Assembly (NCBI RefSeq): GCF_002113885.1 | Contig: NW_018404492.1 | Location: 4,187,609 to 4,251,608, forward strand | Source: Mizuhopecten yessoensis | Taxonomy: Eukaryota | Direction: 5' to 3' | DNA: 64,000 nucleotides | Shown: one piece after another, positions 53,612 to 64,000 of the stretch | Position numbering within the stretch: the first letter of the stretch is position 1 | How the letters are laid out: each line of letters starts with the position of its first letter | Position numbers and translations under genes: made by a program | Notes under the pieces: generated by a model | Told to the model about the DNA's origin: nothing | The model's input: only the letters and a program-made list of their open reading frames with translations | Databases searched by the model: none

Positions 53612-54342
53612 TATATCACCTATTACCTAGACACTGTCGATACATTACGTAATGTTGTCGTAAGTACCGCCATATATCATGCTGCTCCGACGCAAGGGAC
53701 ATTTTACCAATGAACTTGTATAGTTTAATATCAATATTGTCGTCAACTAAGCTCAGTAAAGTATTTAATGCTGATTGTTTGCACAAAAAATCGTCCATGT
53801 TGTTTTAAAATGAAAACCATTTGTTCTTCTAGTTTAAATCATGTTTGCCCCAGTTTTTCAAGTAAAATAGAAAGCATAACTAAGTTTTTATTTTAAATGT
53901 ATCAAAAAAAATAAGAATGCTATCAAAATGAATATAATTATTTTAGCACTAGAAATTAGATTATCGCAAAACTAGCGTTTAGTCGAACAACTGTCCTTAC
54001 ATTACAAAAGCAACAACATACTGTACCATACAAATGTTAAGGTATCGACAAATTGCAAACGTTCATACCCACTTATCCTTACCGTATCCATGTAAAGAAA
54101 TTGCATGGTACTGGTACAGCTTAAATGTACATAAACAAACAATCGGTATGTGTTTTATAATTGTGTCGAACCACATGATGATACTCCATATAGCATTACA
54201 TGTATTTGTATAATATTTATCCGTGTGTAAATCCAACATGTACAGATTGATAGTGGCATACTTACGCTTACTGCTACCATCAATCAAATTGATTCCATCA
54301 ATAAGTGCATGTATCTCTGTCTTAATCATTTTGTTTTTATAT

Positions 54343-56814
54343 CTAACGAGATCTCTCCTCTTTTTCATCCTTAATCAAACTCATACCGACACTTTCTGAT
54401 GGAAGGCCATGTCTGATTATGAATCCGCTTCCTGACCGTTTCTGTAAAATAGAAAACAGTTTACTCATAAGTGGAAAATGCATGACTAAAATGATCCGAA
54501 AAATAAGTAAAAATACAAACAAAATCCAAAGTTGCCTATAAATACCTTTATAATGTTACAAATTTTCAAAAGTCTCGTAACAACAGATAAACTATATTTG
54601 AACTACTTTTTTATGTAAACCGTTCCAGAATCATAATATAAAGCCACAATTTAACAACATAGGCAAACAAAATAATTTCGACGACATACTTATCCATTAT
54701 TATGCCGGAATTACTTCTTTGTCTTGGTGCTCTATGTGACACCATCATGCCGAATTTTTGGTGAGAAATGTATCAATTTAAAAGTTAATTATAATCCAAT
54801 AAAATCACTAGTCCAGGTTATGACCCTGATCTCCAGAAGGAGTACTATTACAGCTGCTGAAGCCCGTATGAAAATCCTTACTTGTGTCAGATCGTATTAT
54901 TAACTAAATCGTGGCGTATTCTCTTTAAAATCAGAACTTTTATCTTTTATTTCATGCAGTTCCAGACAACAATACGAGTCAATATTCATCATCATGAAAA
55001 GAGCATTCGTTTATAATGTTATAATTGTCTATTTTGGTATGTGATGTTTTAGCGTATGCAATGATACAGAATATTTCATCATGAAATGGAATTTTACAAT
55101 TAATGTGTCTTTGTCGACACGAAATGTCAGACATGCTATATATCGCTGATTAAGAGATTTATCGCCAAAAGCACGCAGAGCTGGTTCAGACGTTTTCCCG
55201 GAACTTATATTTGTATAGAAAAGATACGGTATATCACTATCCACCACCAACATTGTACATATGTTTTGAAAATGCAACTTGTAATAATCCTATGTCACGA
55301 TACGGTATACAAACATTTGATGTCAGACATTTTGCTACTTTCCTGTCTGTTCGATCCCGAACACCATACCAACACAAAAATATGCCCTCAATACTAACTC
55401 CAACTTTACCGTTTTTGAAGTCAGTGAAATTTTAAACATAATGGTTGATTCGACTTAAGTTTCTGATACTTATTTGGTTTATAGCTAAGTTATCTCCAGT
55501 GGTATATGATCCTATATGTATGACAAAAGGGAAGATTAAAAGAAGTGTTCGACTTCTAGTCAGCCGAAGTAAATGTTTTCTTTGTAAATGATCCCTATTT
55601 ATGCAACTTCTGGAACTGAAACGAACACTACAGCGTATCTTTGGTCACATGTGTAAGTATGACTATTGGTACACCGAAGTGTACATTTAACTTCAAACAG
55701 TACATGAATTCCATATGCACGACTAATGAAATGCTAAAGTGAACATATACTCCCGTTCAAGGATCCCCGTGTGTACGACTAATGGAATACCGAAGCGAAA
55801 ATGTCTCTAGGTGTATGATGACTACAACGATCAGCCAGACAACTTTGTATTTCGCTATAGTATTTTACGCGGTAATTTCATGATTGAGAATGTTTGTTTA
55901 ATTTAATAAAATTGTTTGTCAGAGCCAAATACGTGTGTCAAAGAGTGCATGTCATACCCCGCTTTGATAAAATAACGTTTAATATATACACCTCAAGATA
56001 ATTTAACGACGTCTGGACGAGTATTTTACCTCTGGCTTATTGAACTCTGATGTAATTCCCTCCTTAACAAGCACAGTCATACCGTTAATATTACCACGGT
56101 GGTGTATAAATCATTGCTTCCCACATAATTCCACAGTATCACGGTCTTGTGACAAGAATTAAAAGCATTAGCAAAATTGATTTTTGAAATGAATATTCAT
56201 ATATAAGATCACACAATCAACAGACAAGAAAAAGAAAGTGCAAGAATCCGTAATTTGCTTACTTTTTATTTGTTTAAAAACCTTTGCATACGAATACACG
56301 GAATAGTCGGAGATACAAAAATCACCTCCCGAAAAGATAGAATATTGATACCACAGACAAATCCTGCAGGATAGGGGGGGGGGGGGGGGGGGGGNCGTAT
56401 ACCCTCTAAAAGTAATTTGTGAAACGAGGTATACCGAATGGGTTCTGCCTCCTACTACATAATAGAGACATACAAATGTTGACCAGAAGTCATGGTATAA
56501 TTATCATGTTGCAAGTATGTAATCCACAAAAAATGATTTCAGAAAATTACTTAACTTTATGCACTCATCTTTTGGTTAACATCAGAAGTGTATAATGCAT
56601 TTTGATAAATTGCTTGTGTAGTTAATGTTTTATACATGCATGCCTGTCAAATGACCCAAACTAGTATTGTTATTTAATTGCGTTTAAACACGTTACCACG
56701 TGGAGAAGAAAATACCATACATATATCAATTACCTTATCCAAATCTTCTCCTAGAATTACCAATATAGCAATAGTGAAACAAATGACGACCCTGCGTCCG
56801 TGCTGTAGGTACAT
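54343..56814 (-). CDS. Candidate two-exon small secreted peptide or membrane ORF (coding 56814-56734 and 54441-54343)
   Basis: Minus-strand splice sites tttttatttccacttaacag| (exon start 56833), AAG|gtaatt and ctgttttctattttacag|. The phase-0 join gives MYLQHGRRVVICFTIAILVILGEDLDK/KRSGSGFIIRHGLPSESVGMSLIKDEKEERSR*. No homology recognised. Confidence 0.3.
56374..56395 (+). repeat. poly(G) tract ending at an ambiguous base (n)
   Basis: 21 G followed by n at 56395; the true length is uncertain and may be an assembly artefact. Confidence 0.9.
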
Positions 56815-59800
56815 CGATGTACGTAAGTCATGTCTGTTAAGTGGAAATAAAAATTGCCGTTCTGATTCTGCCGCGGAGTTAAAGTGCACAGGTTTGAAAA
56901 AGAGCTGAACTTAACCAAACTAAGATGTTGTCATGCATTTTCATTAACTTTTAAAATAGCACTAATTGTATCAGAACGCAAATAAACGTACTTTACATCT
57001 TAGAAGTGAGTGGGCTATATCATATGCGTGCTGAAAGATACCTATACTTTAACTTTAGAAAGTACATGTCATTACGAATCCTTTTATTACAATTAAAATA
57101 AGTGAAAAGGAAACGGTTTACAGTATACGTCATGCAAACACGTTTCAAGAGATCGTGTTTACCAATATATCATTAATTTAGCCCTGTAATTGATTTTTAC
57201 GACGCTGAACTCGTATATTAAACGACGTAGAATTTGGCAAACATCTACAGAGAGCATGCCTTATTGGGGGAATGATCACGGCACACGATTTACACCTAGT
57301 AATGTTTCCTCACAATAATTCACAACGACAATGCGCGTGATTAGATTGTGAGATTTTGAAACAATTAAACTGTAACATAAACTTGATAGAATAGAATGTG
57401 AAGACTATAAACTCGTGTCGAGAACTCCGTATTGGCGTAGAACACGTTATACTCAAGAGAACTGTAACTTTTTGCCCAGGACTGAAACCATCATTCAGCA
57501 TTCAAATTAAGTTATCTCGCCGAAATGTCTGTGCCCGACGTGCCATCATGTTTCTACATGAGCCGAACTAGAAATATTTAAATGTACAAATGTAGAACCT
57601 GTCCTCAACATAGAGTCAAGTCATGTTATTCGAAAAAGTAATTGTATCTCGTAATGAACAAGAGCATATGTCCTGGATTGTGGATATAATGAAAAAATTG
57701 GAATACTTAATTAGCATTGTTAATTCCCTAATTGATTAACTGCTCATTTGTACACGAAGACCCAGTATTTTATCAGCGTACACTCGTCTCTGTCATTGGT
57801 GTGCTACAGTGTAGCTAGGACGAAAACACCATAACACGCATCATGTACATTTGCATATACAAATTTGAATAATGGTTGTTACGTCATATATAAAGCAAAG
57901 TTTATAGTTGATAGAAAAGAGTACATAACAAGATAACCACTAGAAAAAAGTCAAAACAGAACAGTAATCAACTGTACGTGGTAGACCGCTAGAAATGGTA
58001 AGTGGGGAATTCAAATGATATCCTTGACGTTCTAACGATTTGCCGACTAATTAGCAGAAACACACCAGTGTGTTTATGGATTCTTGATATGAGCCAATCG
58101 TGAATAGATAAATATATACCGAAAAAACAGGAAATAAGGGCGGAACTACGCACTGTGCAATTATGTCGCAATATCCAATTCTCGTTATCACCTATGTTTT
58201 CTATCTGTCAATCGCAGCACTGGTAATAAGGTTGATCTGCCAATTTAACGATCGTCTGGTATAATTTGGGAGGAATATTTTTTCTGTTCTGTATAATCAG
58301 ATATACACTAAATTGATTTACGTGACAGTTATATGTCCCTGGCTTAGGAATAACCATAATTACACGCGATTTGCGTGCGTTATCAGAGCGAACACGCATC
58401 CACGTGCATGGAATCTGTCCACTGCTGCGGACTTGTTAGGCTTATGTTTCTGTTTACTATGATATATTTGGGTGTTTACTTCTCTTACAGTAAGGTTTAG
58501 GTTACTTAAGACATTTTACGAAAATAGAGTCATTATGTGTTAGTAAAAAGCTTTAACATGTTTTCTGAAAAGAAAGACTAAAAAAAAGCAAAGATTATTT
58601 TTTTGTGAACATTTACATACATGTGCTACTGTTTATTGTCAATACATTTCAGCTACAATGCTTCCTATTTCACGTTCCGAAAGGTACATTGTAGTTTCAC
58701 TTTTTCTGTATATATGAAAATATCATGTTTTGATACCTTAACCGACATACATTATTTAGTATACTCTTCTAATTGTTTATCAACTACTACCCCACCTATC
58801 TGCTACTAAATTTATAAAAGCTTACAAATCATATTCTTAAGATGGAATTTATTTTAAAAAAAAAACGAATAATAGAAAGATGCCCCAAATACAGTTTTTA
58901 CAGAGTCCCCTTATGAACGATCTTCAAAGCTTACGAGATCGTCATTTATATAATTTCAACAAACCAGTGTTACCATCAGGTATTCTGGAGAAAGATTTCA
59001 GCAAATCCTACAATAGTCTCCCTAACTGACAAAAACAGGGGACTCAATGATACAATGCTTGTTGCTTGACAGAAATGATCATAAATAAATCAACTTTTGT
59101 TACATTGGTCACATTTCAATGCAATATATTATGTACAAGTCAAACAGATGATAGCCCATTATTAGTTACAGTCGGTTAAAATTCAAATTCAATTTATATA
59201 GTTGTTCTTCTTAGAAAAAAAGTTGACTTTGTTTGTAAGGTCCTATGACTTTCAATTTAATCATGCCAAATTGTTGGTTTAAATCCGCCTTAATTATATA
59301 CTGTTATTTTAGTGATGAAAATGGTTGAAAAGAACAATTTTGTGATTATTGCTTGTAGGCCGTGAAATGCCAGTCTTAGTGAAAACATATCATTGCATGA
59401 TCTGTATATTAAGGAAACAATAGTGTGTCATTTTCTTTGTCTTATTAATTATTTTCACTTTAAACAGGATAGTAAATTATGTTATTTCGTTCAGTTGTAT
59501 ACTGGTATTGTATAGCATGGTGAACACAGAATATGTTTCATCACGGTGATCAATAGGTAAATGATTGTTGACACAGGAGTAAATACAAACCGTTAGAACG
59601 AGAAAAAAACATAGCTAAGTTGTGTTTATTTACATGTGATTGGGCGCAACACTTTTGTTTTCCATAAAATATCTGACCTATGGAACAAGAAGTAGTTTGT
59701 ATTTAAAGCCGAGGAAGTGTTGTTGTTCGTTTGTCTGGATTTGTCGATTGAAGTATTGTATTGCATGTTAACGTGGTTTGTGTTAACGGACACTTGAGTG

Positions 59801-61158
59801 AGATCGAGACAGTTGTCTGACCTTAACTGTTATCTGCAGACATTCACAATAAAAAGACATCACTTTTTTCTAATAAATACTGTACATGTGCCACGTTTCA
59901 AGTTAATTACTCCGATAAAAGATGTGATGTTCATATTGCGACATAGCAAAAATCAATAGAAGATGTCATCATGCAAAACAGATTGAACTACATACATGTA
60001 AGAAAAAGAAGGAAGCGTGTTGATACCTGTATCAGCAACGCATATTAATTCAACTACACCTTACAAAACAAAAGTTTAGAGTGATACTCATAGCCCTTTC
60101 TGCATGGCAATTAATTTAAACTAAGAACGAATCTTTATTTGTCTAGGGCAATGGTGGTAAAACATAAAATGTACATTCGTATTAAAACTCTTAACTGTTT
60201 CCGAACTAACAGAAAAACAACTCGTTCTGTTCTTGTTGTTTTAGTTTTTTAAACTATGAACTAAAATCAAATGTTAAAACAAACAATCATCAATCATTTT
60301 ATTTAGGATATAAAATAAATCCCCAGTATAATTATGACATATCATGACATATCATTGTTTTGTAGGTGCATTCATTTGTATATCAACAATCACTTTTTCT
60401 ATGACGAAATATCGACAGAGAACAGTAAGATGACTACACGATACAATCTAAGCTTACTTCTAAGTCCAGTAAATAATAGACTGAAATTGTAATTTAAAAC
60501 ATTCAAGATAAATTATCTTCCTTACATAATGTTACTCCTCAAGGATCACGTTAAACCGCCTTACGTGGATAAAACAGCTGTGGCGGACAAGGCATTTGAT
60601 AGCGCCGACTTCTGTCTTTTAAAAAATCATTGTACGCATTACATAAATCTGAATATTTTCTTTTAAAGTCATTTAATTATCACGAAATGCCTGAATTACT
60701 ACTGGAAGTACGCGCTTTAGATAAATTATCTCAGTATCGCACACATGCATTTTTGATATTTCATTAACAGTCTCATGGGTAATAAAGCGGCTCCGAACAT
60801 AAACATTAAACGTTTCAACTATTTTCTAAACTGCAATACAGATTGTATTATCAGTAAAACTGACGATGGTTTCAGCTTTAATTTGAACATTTTTTCACGG
60901 AGTTGCCCATTACTTTAGTTTATCAGTATACCCAAGAGCGCTATGGGAATGTCCCTATCTGGAACCCACTAATGTATCAATTTGGTATTTACCACGCATT
61001 GATATGTCAAAGCAGTTTTCTCCCTAACTGAACAATATCAATATCATGTTGATGATTTGGGATTTTTTTTAAAGTTTTTTCTGGTACAATATGCATAAAT
61101 ATATACCCTTTGTTTCATACTCCCTTACACTCATTCGTACGCTCACTGCATTCACATA

Positions 61159-61433
61159 CACATCATCATCATCATTATTTTCAACATCATCATAATTATC
61201 CCACTGATATATATCCATCTTGACACAAATCATCATCCAATTGACATAAACTTTTCCATTATTGTTATTATCATCATCATCAGGACTAAAATCATCCTCA
61301 TTCTCTCAATGATATCGATCATAATCACACTTTTCATCATCATCAAACTACTATTTTCATCATTACTGAAATCAACATCATTCTCACAGTAATATTGTAA
61401 GCACACTGTTTTCGTCATCAAACTGATATCATT

Positions 61434-61468
<35 letters not shown>

Positions 61469-61945
61469 AAGCATGACTGAAATCAACATCATTCTCACAA
61501 TAATATCAAAATCACACTGTTGTCATCATCAAACTAATATCATTATCATCATCATCATAATCATAACTGAAATCAACATTATTCTCATACTACTATCATC
61601 ATCATCAAACTGGTATCATTTTCATCATCATATGACATTTAAATCATCCCCATCATTACCCAGACATTTTCATCATTACATTGACATAATCTTCTTCATA
61701 GTTATCCTCATCATACTCTCACCAATTCCATCAACAAGACACTAAAATGATCATCATCGCCATCATCATCATCGTCATAATAACACTGATTTCATCATTA
61801 TCATCATAATCACACTGATTTCATCATTATCATACTCATGCAATCATTAACCTCTAACTGATATCATCTTCATTGTATAATAATAAAATAATTATTCATC
61901 GTAATACAAAGTAGTTATCATATTGATGACATCATCATCATAATA
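61159..61945. repeat. (ATC)n microsatellite-rich region with ~90-110-bp higher-order duplications
   Basis: Pure (atc)n near 61432-61467; the block actgaaatcaacat(c/t)attctcac recurs at about 61365, 61476 and 61567. Confidence 0.9.
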
Positions 61946-62009
61946 CCAATTTTATTCACATGTGAGTGTTAATTTGCTAAAGCATATCATATCATCTCTC
62001 TCACACCTT

Positions 62010-62713
62010 TCATACTTTCTTTTGAAATACATTCTTAAATTTTTTAATGTATTCTGATGTTGGATCATATATATCAAAGATAAATGTTTCCTCATTAAAA
62101 GCAAAAGGAATAAACAAAACATCTAATAAAAACTCAAAGTTTGTAAATAAATTCTGAACTTGATTGCACTCCCATAGTGCATGCTCTATTGTTTCAATGT
62201 CTGATATACAAAAACAGAAGCGGCCTTCGTTAATTATTTTTACCAACATTTTCTCACCCTCGTTATATATTCCACCATAATGCACGCACATATGTTGATT
62301 ATTTCTTAACTTTTACTATTTTTTTCCATGCATTAAACACGTCTTTCCAAAAAGGATTTTTACTCATCATTTCACATTTAACAATGTGTTCCGTCCCACA
62401 TTTTGCTAAAATATTTAAATCAACATAAGTTTTTAAAATCTCCTGCCATTTACTTGATGTTGTAAAAAGTCTCCTTATCCATGTCAATTTTAAGGATTCT
62501 ATGAAAGACATCACATGCATCATTTTCAATCCACCTTGTGTTTTCTCCCACATGTCGCCCAGAAATAAAACCTGTCTGATCTGGATCAATAAATTTACCT
62601 AACACTGCTTTTAATCTACTTGCTATACAGTCTGATGCAATTGTATAGGTTATATTTAAAAGGGATATTGGTCTCCAGTTCTTGAAAACAATATCATGTT
62701 TTAGCGAAACCAA
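62010..62713 (-). mobile_element. Internally deleted L1/Tx1-like LINE ORF2 relic
   Basis: Three non-contiguous ORF2 blocks: NWRPISLLN...RLKAVL...DQTGFISGRHVGEN (RT N-terminus), GGLKM...LKLTWIRRL...FWKDVFNAW (post-RT), and CFC..ETIEHALWEC..V (C-terminal CCHC-type). Confidence 0.88.
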
Positions 62714-64000
62714 CTGACCATCCAGGAAGAGGGGGATTGGACGAAGCAGATTCCATCAACCCAAGATAACTGACACGGGCGACAACTCCACTACATGAGT
62801 CAAATATATACATACGTCAACAAGGCTTTGTTTATATGTCGATTGTACAATGCATGTATACCCCCCTGTCGGTGTCACAGCTGGGTAGTATGTCATATGA
62901 GAGGTATATTTCTAGGAAAGCTGTCTGGATTACGAAACCATTGTGCGAGTGAAGAGGCGTTGAAAGGATTGTCTACAAACTTTCTTTTCTAACCGTTTTC
63001 TTTTCTAAACAAGCTTCCCAAGGTCGCCGACCATTGTACTATTTTAATACATTGTATGTAGTATTGAATTATACTTATCGTATCGTTAACATGTTGACAA
63101 ACGATCAAGGCATCATATACATTTTACACTTTGAAAGACTTACCAATCGTTTTGTCAGCGGAAGTATTTTTCCAAAACGGTAACAGTATTTAACGCATGA
63201 GGTGTCAACTGATTATTGAGTCACTCAGGGGCTCATTTAAAGTGTCATCTCATCGGAATGACGTCATCTGGGCATTGAAATATGACACTCAATCCGATGA
63301 CATTAAATATAACGTCGATATCGTTTGGAAAATCAGCTAATGTTATAATGCTACAAATAGTTATAATGCATTACTTCATCTACACACCTCCATCACAAAG
63401 TATCGAATTTAACGCTACAGCCACACCACATATACATGTAAAATACGCTTAACAGTTCATATATACTAGTATATGTATGATTTTTATTCTTAAATTACAA
63501 ACGAATACATTAATAACTTAAAACATGAATAAACACAATAAAATAAGCATCCGCTATGTTGTTCTTTGTGATAATGTACAAAACACGTTGCTGATAAAGA
63601 GGCTATAATGTAGACGAAAAAAGATGTTTCAACATCCTTTTTGGCAAGGTATTTCGATCTTCAGGTGGTAGAAGGTGAATTTTTCTACAACGTGACTGCT
63701 ATCGTGTGGAAACATCGGTTTCCACGGGTTACCATACGATATTTGGGAACCCACAACATAGATTCTGTCTGAGACTACAGTGATCTGGACGTTCGAAAAA
63801 AGGGTGACAAGCTCCTGAAAATAGTGACGAGTTGTATTATGTACTGTCTGTATATGTACACAAAACTCCGTATTGTAACCTGTATCGTAGCCGTAACTAT
63901 ATTGAATGTATTGTACTGGTATCCTGTAAGAGTTTCGGACCTATTAAAGATGGCTACACGTAATCAGTGTATCAGATGTTCCGAAAGTAAAGAAGGACAT

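Noticed and set aside
61233-61745. His/Ile/Met-rich ORFs
   Set aside because: These are translations of the (ATC)n microsatellite.

Overview
AT-rich (~65% by eye) eukaryotic genomic DNA. The repeat families and gene type point to a lophotrochozoan, probably a bivalve mollusc (inference). The main feature is one multi-exon + strand gene of about 35 kb encoding a two-Ig-domain, GPI-anchored cell-recognition protein of the Dpr/ZIG-8 type. Six phase-consistent coding exons can be assembled by eye (8732-8868, 19536-19749, 27016-27054, 34386-34679, 38581-38607, 43856-43968). The signal-peptide exon was not identified. Several further candidate cassette microexons lie in the introns, one with its 3' splice site pairable in a 13-bp stem. 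Introns and flanks carry a decayed CR1/L2-group LINE, a decayed mariner transposon, an internally deleted L1/Tx1-like LINE, two tRNA-derived SINE families, several palindromic MITEs, a ~33-bp minisatellite and an (ATC)n-rich region. The most unusual signal is a roughly 10-fold excess of the palindrome TACATGTA. Within the minisatellite it appears as a 6-bp CATGTA insertion at a TA site, which fits a genome-wide accumulation of Tc1-type transposon excision footprints. A small convergent minus-strand gene encoding a possible secreted peptide is suggested at 54-57 kb with low confidence. No CRISPR arrays, rRNA genes or genuine tRNA genes were seen.
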